Assembly: GCA_002269645.1 (NCBI GenBank)
Contig: NIVC01000745.1
Location: forward strand, 1 to 64,000
Reading direction: 5' to 3'
DNA: 64,000 bases
Origin: Macrostomum lignano
Lineage: Eukaryota
Positions 30,173-42,400 of the stretch are shown here, in pieces. The notes beneath the pieces are model-generated. The model was given only the letters and a program-made list of their open reading frames with translations. It had not been told where the DNA came from and ran no database searches. Position 1 is the first letter of the stretch. Every line of letters begins with the position of its first letter. The position numbers and the translations under genes are program-made.

Positions 30173-30640
30173 CGAGTCACTCAGGGAGGAAGACAGATTG
30201 ATAGCTGGGCAGGATGAAGGGGAGAATTCAACAACACACATTGAATAAATTTCCATTCACAATAATGAGAATAAAAATTCTTCCCAAGCCCAACCGAATT
30301 GGCGAAATCCGTGCAGCCGATGCCCCAAATTGTACTTTTAAGCCAACGCCTTCCGGCCGCCACCCCCGATCCGCGTCATCCACCTGCGCCCTCCCTTTGT
30401 TCTCCCGGCCAGCTCAAAGCGGACTCGAAAGCGTCACTCGGGCCGCCGGGGCGTGGCTGGCGGGGACTTCGGCGGCGGCCCAAAACAGGCCGAGGGCGTC
30501 GGCCGGCGGCTTGCTGAAGGATGAGAGGGGGAAAAACCCATTCTTAGGGGCCAAGGAGGCTATGAACCAGAATTTGGAGTGCCGGACTTTTTCCCAAAAC
30601 TTTGAGACGCAGAGATCAATGTAATCCTGTTCGGTTTGCA

Positions 30641-32528
30641 CAGAGTGAGGCAGAGTGAGACAGAGTGAGACAGAGTGTGACAGAGTGAGACAGAGTGAGA
30701 CAGAGAGAGACAGAGTGAGACAGAGTGAGACAGAGTGAGACAAAGAGTGAGACAGAGTGAGACAGAGTGAGACAGAGTGAGACAGAGTGAGACAGAGTGA
30801 GACAAAGTGAGACAAAGTGAGACAGAGAGAGACAGAGTGAGACAGAGTGAGACAAAGAGTGAGACAGAGTGAGACAGAGTGAGACAAAGAGTGAGACAGA
30901 GTGAGACAGAGTGAGACAGAGTGAGACAAAGAGTGAGACAAAGTGAGACAGAGTGAGACAGAGTGAGACAAAGAGTGAGACAAAGAGTGAGACAGAGACA
31001 GAGTGAGACAGAGTGAGACAGAGTGAGACAGAGTGAGACAGAGTGAGACAGAGTGAGACAGAGTGAGACAAAGAGTGAGACAGAGACAGAGTGAGACAGA
31101 GTGAGACAGAGTGAGACAGAGTGAGACAGAGTGAGACAGAGTGAGACAGAGTGAGACAGAGTGAGACAGAGTGAGACAGAGTGAGACAGAGTGAGACAAA
31201 GAGTGAGACAGAGACAGAGTGAGACAGAGTGAGACAGAGTGAGACAGAGTGAGACAGAGTGAGACAGAGTGAGACAGAGTGAGACAGAGTGAGACAGAGT
31301 GAGACAAAGAGTGAGACAGAGAGAGACAGAGTGAGACAGAGTGAGACAAAGAGTGAGACAGAGACAGAGTGAGACAGAGTGAGACAGAGTGAGACAGAGT
31401 GAGACAAAGAGTGAGACAGAGACAGAGTGAGACAGAGTGAGACAGAGTGAGACAGAGTGAGACAGAGTGAGACAGAGTGAGACAAAGAGTGAGACAGAGA
31501 GAGACAAAGAGTGAGACAGAGAGAGACAGAGTGAGACAGAGTGAGACAGAGTGAGACAGAGAGAGACAGAGTGAGACAAAGTGAGACAGAGAGTGAGACA
31601 GAGTGAGACAGAGTGAGACAGAGTGAGACAGAGTGAGACAAAGAGTGAGACAGAGAGAGACAGAGTGAGACAAAGTGAGACAGAGAGTGAGACAAAGAGT
31701 GAGACAGAGAGAGACAAAGTGAGACAGAGTGAGACAGAGTGAGACAGAGTGAGACAAAGTGAGACAGAGAGAGACAGAGTGAGACAGAGTGAGACAGAGT
31801 GAGACGGAGTGAGACAGAGTGAGACAAAGTGAGACAGAGAGAGACAGAGTGAGACAAAGAGTGAGACAGAGTGAGACAGAGTGAGACAGAGAGAGACAGA
31901 GTGAGACAAAGTGAGACAGAGAGACAGAGTGAGACAGAGTGAGACAAAGAGTGAGACAGAGTGAGACAGAGTGAGACAAAGAGTGAGACAGAGAGAGACA
32001 GAGTGAGACAGAGTGAGACAGAGTGAGACAAAGAGTGAGACAGAGTGAGACAGAGTGAGACAAAGAGTGAGACAGAGTGAGACAGAGTGAGACAGAGTGA
32101 GACAAAGAGTGAGACAGAGACAGAGTGAGACAGAGTGAGACAGAGTGAGACAGAGTGAGACAAAGAGTGAGACAGAGACAGAGTGAGACAGAGTGAGACA
32201 GAGTGAGACAGAGTGAGACAGAGTGAGACAGAGTGAGACAGAGTGAGACAGAGTGAGACAGAGTGAGACAGAGTGAGACAGAGTGAGACAGAGTGAGACA
32301 AAGAGTGAGACAGAGAGAGACAGAGTGAGACAGAGTGAGACAGAGTGAGACAGAGTGAGACAGAGTGAGACAGAGTGAGACAGAGTGAGACAGAGTGAGA
32401 CAGAGTGAGACAAAGAGTGAGACAGAGTGAGACAGAGTGAGACAAAGAGTGAGACAGAGTGAGACAGAGTGAGACAGAGTGAGACAGCGTGAGACAGAGT
32501 GAGACAGAATGAGACAAAGTGAGACAGA
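30641..32528. repeat. 10-bp repeat GTGAGACAGA with variants
   Basis: About 185 copies. Confidence 0.97.
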
Positions 32529-33144
32529 TTGTCTACCTTCCGGAATGAAATGAAACTCTAAGCCAGAAGTGCTGCAGATACTTCTCGCCCATCTCCTGTG
32601 CGCGAACTGAGGCAGGAGTCCGCTCTCCAGATCCTATTTCAAGGCTTCCTTGGCCAAGTTCTATTTTTAGCCGCAGGTGCAGCCCATGGGCGGTGCCCGG
32701 AACCCGCCAGTCCCTGCATCGGGAGGGGCTGCAAGTGGTAAAAATAGAAAAAAGTGTCCAATATTTGCTCTGATTAAATTAATTGCCGCTGCGATGGTGG
32801 GCCGCGGGCTCTCAGAATCCCCAGCTGGGAGTCAGAGCCTGTCGCTTGATGAAGCTGGTTGATGAGGGATACGGCAGCTGGGGAGGGGGGAGGCGGGCTT
32901 GATTGAAAGTGCCGGAAATTAATTGAAAATGAGAAATAAAAATTGGCGGAGCCGAATGAAACACGGAATTCTTGGGACAGGGAATGGCGAAGATGTGCAG
33001 CCCCGGTGCTCAGCTGAGTGAATTAAATTGATTTCTAGGAAAGACAGTAGACTCAACAGGCGGCGGGCTGGAAATCAATGATGACAATAAGTACTCAAAA
33101 TGATCAGCGATCAGTTTTACTAAGGTTTAAACCTTGAATCGGTA

Positions 33145-35440
33145 CCTGAACAGATGAGATCTCTCCCTGAGCAGATGAGATCTCTCCCTGAGCAGATGAG
33201 ATCTCTACCTGAGCAGATGAATCCTTACTTGAATAGATGAGATCGCTACCTGAACAGATGAGTTCTCTCCCTGAGCAGATGGATCTTTACCTGAAAAGAT
33301 GAGATCCCTACCTGAGCAGATGGGATTCCTCCCTGAGCAGATGAAATCCTTCCCTGATCAGATGAGATCCCTCCCTGATCAGATGAGATCCCTCCCTGAT
33401 CAGATGAGATCCCTCCCTGATCAGATGCGATCCCTCCCTGACCAGATGCGATCCCTCCCTGATCAGATGCGATCCCTCCCTGATCAGATGCGATCCCTCC
33501 CTGATCAGATGCGATCCCTCCCTGACCAGATGAGATCCCTACGGGAGCATATGAGATCCCTCGTGATCAGATGATATTCCTCCTGATCAGATAAGATCCC
33601 TCCCTGATCAGATGAGATCCCTACCTGAGCAGATGGTTCTTTACCTGAGCAGATGGGATCCCTCCCTGAGTAAATGACATCCATCCCTGATCAGATGAGA
33701 TCCCTCCCTGATCAGATGAGATCCCTACCTGAGCAGATGAGATCTCTCCCTGAGCAGATGGATCCTTACCCGAACAGATGAGATCCCTACCTGAGCAGAT
33801 GGGATTCCTCCCTGAGCAGATGAAATCCTTCCCTGATCAGATGAGATCCCTCCCTGATCAGATGAGATCCCTCCCTGATCAGATGCGATCCCTCCCTGAC
33901 CAGATGAGATCCCTCCTGATCAGATAAGATCCCTCCTTGATCAGATGAGATCCCTCCAGGAGATGAGATCCCCACCTGATCAGATGAGATCCCTACCTGA
34001 TCAGATGAGATCCCTACGGGAGCAGATGAGATCCCTCCCTGATCAGATAAGATCCCTCCTTGATCAGATGAGATCCCTCCAGGAGATGAGATCCCCACCT
34101 GATCAGATGAGATCCCTACCTGATCAGATGTGATCCCTACCTGATCAGATAAGATCCCTCCCTGATCAGATGAGATCCCTACGGGAGCAGATAAGATCCC
34201 TCCCTGATCAGATAAGATCCCTCCAGGAGCAGATGAGATCCCTACCTGATCAGATGAGATCCCTCCCTGATCAGATGAGATCCCTCCAGGAGCAGATGAG
34301 ATCCCTCCCTGATCAGATAAGATCCCTACCTGATCAGATAAGATCCCTCCCTGATCAGATGAGATCCCTCCCTGATCAGATGAGATCCCTCCAGGAGCAG
34401 ATGAGATCCCTCCCTGATCAGATGAGATCCCTCCAGGAGCAGATGAGATCCCTCCCTGATCAGATGAGATCCCTCCCTGATCAGATGAGATCCCTCCCTG
34501 ATCAGATGAGATCCCTCCAGGAGCAGATGAGATCCCTCCCTGATCAGATGAGATCCCTCCAGGAGCAGATGAGATCCCTCCCTGATCAGATAAGATCCCT
34601 CCCTGATCAGATAAGATCCCTCCCTGATCAGATGAGATCCCTCCAGGAGCAGATGAGATCCCTACCTGATCAGATGAGATCCCTACCTGATCAGATAAGA
34701 TCCCTCCCTGATCAGATGAGATCCCTCCCTGATCAGATGAGATCCCTCCTTGATCAGATGAGATCCCTACCTGATCAGATAAGATCCCTCCTTGATCAGA
34801 TGAGACCCCTCCCTGATCAGATGAGATCCCTCCCTGATCAGATGAGATCCCTCCCTGATCAGATGAGATCCCTCCCTGATCAGATGCGATCCCTCCCTGA
34901 CCAGATGAGATCCCTACGGGAGCAGATGAGATCCCTCCTTGATCAGATGAGATCCATACGGGAGCAGATGAGATCCATACGGGAGCAGATGAGATCCCTC
35001 GTGATCAGATGATATTCCTCCTGAGCAGATAAGATCCCCACCTGATCAGATGATATTCCTCCTGAGCAGATAAGATCCCCACCTGATCAGATGATATTCC
35101 TCCTGAGCAGATAAGATCCCCACCTGATCAGATGATATTCCTCCTGAGCAGATAAGATCCCCACCTGATCAGATGATATTCCTCCTGAGCAGATAAGATC
35201 CCCACCTGATCAGATGATATTCCTCCTGAGCAGATAAGATCCCCACCTGATCAGATGATATTCCTCCTGAGCAGATAAGATCCCCACCTGATCAGATGAT
35301 ATTCCTCCTGAGCAGATAAGATCCCCACCTGATCAGATGATATTCCTCCTGAGCAGATAAGATCCCCACCTGATCAGATGATATTCCTCCTGAGCAGATA
35401 AGATCCCCACCTGATCAGATGGGATCCCTACCTGAGCAGG
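33145..35440. repeat. Minisatellite, 21-bp unit GATCAGATGAGATCCCTCCCT, ending in a homogeneous 41-bp dimer block
   Basis: Tandem units; ~35000-35420 holds about 10 identical 41-bp (20+21) units. Confidence 0.95.
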
Positions 35441-36157
35441 TCAGTAAAGTACTCGCCGTCACTCTTGCCCAGCAGAGCTCAGTGCTATAAAAAGATGAGT
35501 TGCCTAGCTAAGCGGATCCCGAGACAGCAGTCGAGTCAATTAGGATGGGATATTAACTCGAACCCTCGCTCGGGCAGCTCGCGCACGGACTGGGGATCGA
35601 GCCCAAGAAGTTCTCCGTCTGTCCAGCGAGAATGGGGCGGCAGATTTTGAGAATTTCACCCCAGCTCAGCTGAGGGAAGGGCGGGAGCGGACGGGGACAG
35701 TGAGGGAAGCAGCTGAGACGGGCGGCCCGCATCCCCAGCGAGAGCTGCATGATGGCAAATTTCGAGGATCAGAACAAGTAGAGGACGGAGAATGCGAGTA
35801 GCCAGAAGAGAGGCTGGGAGGCCCCCCCCCCGAGTCCGGATGAAGAGATGGACCGGCGGGACCGGAGCAGGGGAAGCGCTGAAATCAAGGTGGGGAGGCG
35901 GCCCAGGCACCGGGGCATCAGGAGAAAGTGGAGAAGGCGGGCTGGGTAAAAAGCGAGGATCTGGGGGAGGGCGAATCGATGGCGGTCGAGTCCAAGGGAG
36001 AATTGAGAGAAATTGCTGGGAAGAATTGAGACAGGAATTAGAAGACTGAGAGGATGAGATGGAAGTCGATGGAAAAGCAGACAGTGAGATGATCAGAAAA
36101 GAGAAAAGTGGAGTGAGAAGCAGACAGGAGACCCAAGTTGGAGATCAAGCCGCACAC

Positions 36158-36837
36158 CAACTGACGGGGGGCAGCTCAGCAACTGACGGGGGGCAGCTCA
36201 GCAACTGACGGGGGGCAGCTCAGCAACTGACGGGGGGCAGCTCAGCAACTGACGGGGGGCAGCTCAGCAACTGACGGGGGCAGCTCAGCAACTGACGGGG
36301 GCAGCTCAGCAACTGACGGGGGCAGCTCAGCAACTGACGGGGGCAGCTCAGCAACTGACGGGGGCAGCTCAGCAACTGACGGGGGCAGCTCAGCAACTGA
36401 CGGGGGCAGCTCAGCAACTGACGGGGGCAGCTCAGCAACTGAGACAGACGGGGGGCAGCTCAGCAACTGAGACAGACGGGGGGGGCAGCTCAGCAACTGA
36501 GACAGACAGGGGGGCAGCTCAGCAACTGAGACAGACGGGGGGGGGCAGCTCAGCAACTGAGACAGACAGGGGGGCAGCTCAGCAACTGAGACAGACGGGG
36601 GGCAGCTCAGCAACTGAGACAGACGGGGGGTAGCTCAGCAACTGAGACAAACGGGGGGGCAGCTCAGCAACTGACGGGGCAGCTCAGCAACTGACGGGTG
36701 CAGCTCAGCAACTGAGACAGACGGGGGGCAGCTCAGCAACTGACGGGGGCAGCTCAGCAACTGAGATAGACGGGGGGCAGCTCAGCAACTGACGGGGGCA
36801 GCTCAGCAACTGAGACAGACGGGGGGGCAGCTCAGCA
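36158..36837. repeat. Minisatellite, 20-21-bp unit CAACTGACGGGGG(G)CAGCTCAG with longer AGAC-insertion variants
   Basis: Tandem units read directly. Confidence 0.94.
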
Positions 36838-38027
36838 AAGTTTGGTGCAACTCGGCCGCATCTGTTTTTACAAAGCGAGAGGCCGATCCGAACTCAAAGA
36901 CAGTCATTGAGTCCTCAATCAGCTCGCAGCCCCGCCCTCGGATATTCGGTCCTGGGAAGATGGGACATCTGGATCCGAGACGGGGAATCCCTGTGTAGTT
37001 TCTGTACCCCTCAGAGCTTGCAGTGAATTTTAGCCGTGTAGATTCAGTGATCCCAACAACAGCAACAAAAATACTTTTAGTGCGATTCCCACGAGGGACA
37101 ATAATCAATAATTATGATAATAATATGATAATATCAGTAACTATTATGATAATAGCAGGTGTATCAAGTGCCGGTCAGTCATGCCGAGCTTCCACAAGAC
37201 AATTAATATGGTAAACACTGTGTATTTGTATATATATGCACTAAAACAATAAATATTGCACGCGCGGAGACAAGCAGAGAATTACTCGAAAGCAGGAAAT
37301 CAGAACTCAAAATAATCACAGCAATATACAGAGAAATCCAGTTGGTGCTGCTGCAAGCGGCCTTCGGTGCCAGTCAACAGCAGGAACTGCCCGAACCCTC
37401 AATAGGCCTGAAGCTAAACTTGCTGCTGTTTAAGATAGTCTGACTTCCATGGCGCCGGGAGCTCTGCGCATTCATTTGGGGGGCTCGTGCTCGTCCTTCC
37501 CACCCGAGAGGCCAACCCCCCCCCTCCACAGAGAGTGTACATGCCTAACAATTGGAAAGTCAGGGCGGCTGTACACCGGGGCCAACGCTGGTGCAGCTAT
37601 AAAATTTGTCCGCCTCGGTCTCGAAGCAGCTCAGCCGGCAGTCGGAGCAGACGGTGAGAAAAACACAAAAAAGTCACAACAATTTTACTGCACGCACGCG
37701 AAGACTCAGATTTGAGTTTTGTTCAACGGTTTCAACTTCGGAATGCGCTGTGAAAATAATAAATAAACACCTGCGACAGGGCAGCGGGCGCCGATAACTG
37801 CTGGCCTCTCCGGCGAATGCCGGGCTCCGTTCCACCGGAAGCGGCCGGGCGGGGTGGGGATGATCTTATCAGCTGCTCAATGAGATATGAAAATCCGGCA
37901 AAGGCGACAGATGGGAAATTGTAGAAGTAGACATGATATAGTGAGAATCAGTATTGTGCATACTGTTATAATCTACTTTGAATAAGTACGAGCTAGATAG
38001 GATAGAGGGAGAAGTAGCCAATGAAGA

Positions 38028-38770
38028 GTGAGATGTAGCTAAAATAGAGTGAGAAGTAGCTAAAATAGAGTGAGAAGTAGCTAAAATAGAGTGAGAAGTA
38101 GCTAAAGTAGAGTGAGAAGTAGCTAAAGTAGAGTGAGAAGTAGCTAAAGTAGAGGGAGAAGTAGCTAAAATAGAGTGAGAAGTAGCTAAAATAGAGTGAG
38201 AAGTAGCTAAAATAGAGTGAGAAGTAGCTAAAATAGAGTGAGAAGTAGCTAAAATAGAGTGAGAAGTAGCTAAAGTAGAGTGAGAAGTAGCTAAAGTAGA
38301 GTGAGAAGTAGCTAAAGTAGAGTGAGAAGTAGCTAAAGTAGAGTGAGAAGTAGCTAAAATAGAGTGAGAAGTAGCTAAAATAGAGTGAGAAGTAGCTAAA
38401 ATAGAGTGAGAAGTAGCTAAAATAGAGTGAGAAGTAGCTAAAATAGAGTGAGAAGTAGCTAAAATAGAGTGAGAAGTAGCTAAAATAGAGTGAGAAGTAG
38501 CTAAAATAGAGTGAGAAGTAGCTAAAATAGAGTGAGAAGTAGCTAAAGTAGAGTGAGAAGTAGCTAAAGTAGAGTGAGAAGTAGCTAAAATAGAGTGAGA
38601 AGTAGCTAAAATAGAGTGAGAAGTAGCTACAATAGAGTGAGAAGTAGCCAATAAACAGGGAGAAGTAGCCAATAAACAGGGAGAAGTAGCCAATGAAGAG
38701 GGAGAAGTAGACAATGCAAAGTGAGAGTTAGGCAGAGCAGAGTAAGAAGTAGACAATGTGGACTGAGAAG
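38028..38770. repeat. Minisatellite, 21-bp unit GAAGTAGCTAAAATAGAGTGA
   Basis: About 30 well-conserved copies that degenerate at both edges. Confidence 0.95.
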
Positions 38771-39144
38771 TAGACGGTGCAGAGTGAGTGGCAGCCATCG
38801 AGCCAGCAGGAGCAAGAGCTACAATTAACAACACACCACAGGGGCCAAGCGGAAGGCAGGCAGTCAGGGGGCATCTTATTGCAGCAAAGCAGCAAAACAG
38901 TCGCAATGTGCACGAGCTGAAATCAAAGTTTTCGGCGCAAATGTGACGAACAGAGTACGGGGGGGGGGGGTGCGGTTGATTACAACACAGAACTGGTTTT
39001 GATTAGACATTTCGGTGAAATACCGCGGCACACGCGGAGCGGTCGCGACTTGCGAATAACTACTGGGAGAACACCGCGGCTGCACAGCGCGAGAAAGGGG
39101 AACACGAATTATGTTTCTAGAATAAAACCAACTGTTTTGGGCTT

Positions 39145-39404
39145 GTCGGTCACTCTGCAGAATCGGGGGGGGGGGCGCAGTCTATCGGTCACTCTGCAGA
39201 GTCGGGAGTGCAGTTTGTCGGTCACTCTGCAGAGTCGGGAGTGCAGTTTGTCGGTCACTCTGCAGAGTCGGGAGTGCAGTTTGTCGGTCACTCTGCAGTC
39301 GGGAGTGCAGTTTGTCGGTCACTCTGCAGAGTCGGGAGTGCAGTTTGTCGGTCACTCTGCAGAGTCGGGAGTGCAGTTTGTCGGTCACTCTGCAGAATCG
39401 GGGG
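39145..39404. repeat. Minisatellite, 33-bp unit TCGGTCACTCTGCAGAGTCGGGAGTGCAGTTTG, directly after the DGK stop codon
   Basis: About 7 copies. Confidence 0.93.
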
Positions 39405-39406
39405 AG

Positions 39407-42400
39407 TCACTTGGAGAAGAGGCCCAGCAGGCCGCCCTTCTTGGCAGGCGGAGGCGCCATGATCATGGGCACCTGGTTCATGTGGGTGATGCTGATGGTG
39501 CAGGGCGCCTGAGACCAGGGCTCGCCGTCGATCTGCATGGGGAAGCGCCTCCTGGTCCGGATGACCACCTCACTGCACTGCGCCAGCCGCTTGCCGGAGC
39601 TGCGCAGCCCCCCGGCCACCATGCCGGCGTGGACGGCGTTCTCCAGGCCGACAACTTCAATGAGCTGGTCGCCCATGTCCTGCACTGCGAACGCCAGCTC
39701 GTTGTTGCTAAGGGAAGCACTGGACAGCTCGCGGTCTCTGCTCCCGCTGGCTCCGCCGCTCGGCTTCCGCTTGCCGCCCTGCTGCCCCGACGCCGCTGCA
39801 GCCGCGGCAGCTGCCGCCGCGGCCGCCGAGCTTCGCTTTCGGTTGTTCTCCCACAGAGTGCGGCCGCCGTACACGGAGTTGATGTTGAGCAGCGCCATGC
39901 CCTCCAGCGGCGTGCCCGAGCCCAGGTCCAGGGCGTAGCCGTCACAGATGATGTCCAGGCTCTCGTGCAGGTTCTTGCAGGACCCGCCCAGCATCTGCGG
40001 GGATGTGGGTGGGAATTTTTGTGAATCACGGGGATCTTGGATTTATGTGAGTCATCGGGATTTGGGATCTACGAGTATGTGAATGACTTATAGGGATCTG
40101 GGATTCACGCAAAGCATGGGGATCTGGGATTCACACCAACCATGGGGATCTGGGATTCACGCAATCCATGGGGATCTGGGATTCACGCAATCCATGGGGA
40201 TCTGGGGTTCGCACCAACCATGGGGATCTGGGATTCACGGGATTCACACCAACCATGGGGATCTGGGATTCACGGGATTCACACCAACCATGGGGATCTG
40301 GGATTCACGGGATTCACACCAACCATGGGGATCTGGGATTCACGGGATTCACACCAACCATGGGGATCTGGGATTCACAGGATTCACACCAACCATGGGG
40401 ATCTGGGATTCACGGGATTCACACCAACCATGGGGATCTGGGATTCACGTGATTCACACCAACCATGGGGATCTGGGATTCACGGGATTCACACCAACCA
40501 TGGGGATCTGGGATTCACGGGATTCACACCAACCATGGGGATCTGGGATTCACGGGATTCACACCAACCATGGGGATTTGGGATTCACGGGATTCACACC
40601 AACCATGGGGATCTGGGATTCACGGGATTCACACCAACCATGGGGATCTGGGATTCACGGGATTCACACCAACCATGGGGATCTGGGATTCACGGGATTC
40701 ACACCAACCATGGGGATCTGGGATTCACGGGATTCACACCAACCATGGGGATCTGGGATTCACGCAATCCATGGGGATCTGGGATTCACGCAATCCATGG
40801 GGATCTGGGGTTCGCACCAACCATGGGGATCTGGGATTCACGGGATTCACACCAACCATGGGGATCTGGGATTCACGGGATTCACACCAACCATGGGGAT
40901 CTGGGATTCACGGGATTTACACCAACCATGGGGATCTGGGATTCACGGGATTCAAGACACCATGGGGATCTGGGATTCGCGGGATTCACACCAACCATGG
41001 GGATCTGGGATTCACGGGATTCACACCAACCATGGGGATCTAAGATTCACGGGATTCAAAACAACCATTAGGATCTGGGCTTCGCACCGAACTGGCGGCA
41101 AAGCCGGGGCCAACAAGGCTAAATTTCGATCCCTAAGCAACCGGCAGTCCCAGTTTCAGGACGGGATTTCGTGCCGAGGGGGCCGAGGGATTAAAAACTT
41201 TCTAAATTGGCTGGTTTCGCCAGCGAGCCCCCCCCAGCCCGGCAGTCCTTGTCAGCTCATAACTTTTAGATTAAATAAAGCATTGCAGCCCGAATTCCGG
41301 ACAGGATCGGGCAAGAACTTTGCGGGGATAAATATCCCCTAAATATCCCCTACCTTCCTGACTGGCTTTCCTCTGTCTCTGGGGTTTCCAGCACCGGTCG
41401 GGGACTCTTCAATAAACCTGGATTGGATTCCTGAACTTGGGTTGCCTCACAAACTAGAATACTCACAAACTAGAATATTCACAAACTAGAATATTCACAA
41501 ACTAGAATACTCACAAACTAGAATATTCACAAACTAGAATATTCACAAACCAGAATATTCACAAACCAGAACATTCACAAACCAGAATATTTACAAACTA
41601 GAATATTCACAAACTAGAATATTTACAAACTAGAATACTCACAAACTAGAACATTCACAAACCAGAACATTCACAAACTGGAATATTCACAAACTAGAAT
41701 ATTCACAAACTAGAATATTCACAAACTAGAATATTCACAAACTAGAATATTCACAAACTAGAATACTCACAAACTAGAATACTCACAAACTAGAATATTC
41801 ACAAACTGGAATATTCACAAACTGGAATATTCACAAACTAGAATATTCACAAACTAGAATATTCACAAACTGGAATATTCACAAACCAGAATATTCACAA
41901 ACTAGAATACTCACAAACTAGAATATTCACAAACTAGAATATTCACAAACTAGAATATTCACAAACCAAAATATTCACAAACTAGAATTTTCACAACTCG
42001 TAATATTAAAAAACTACAAAATTCACAAGCAAAAATATTCACTTCACAAGCAAAAATATTCACAAACTTCTTTAATCCAGAACCCGTGTCCCCGTCTGGA
42101 CCGGCAAAAAAACGCACGAGCCGAAAATGTCAGCCAAAAGTTCGCAGAAGCAGCAGCAGAAGAAGAAATCGAATAACTCTAACTGCGACAGGGCAAGAAG
42201 CCGGAGACACCGGACCCCACCTGGGCTGCTGCAGAGGATAAAAATAGATCACACAGCAGCAGGACAGCCTGTGGTAGATGCGGTGCTGCTATTTCTGAAG
42301 CCCCAGCCTCTGCCCACTCCGATAATTGGGGTCGGAATTAGGCCTCAGTAATAAAAGCTGATTGAAGCGCACAGGCAGATCACAGCGGGGGGTCTCCCAG

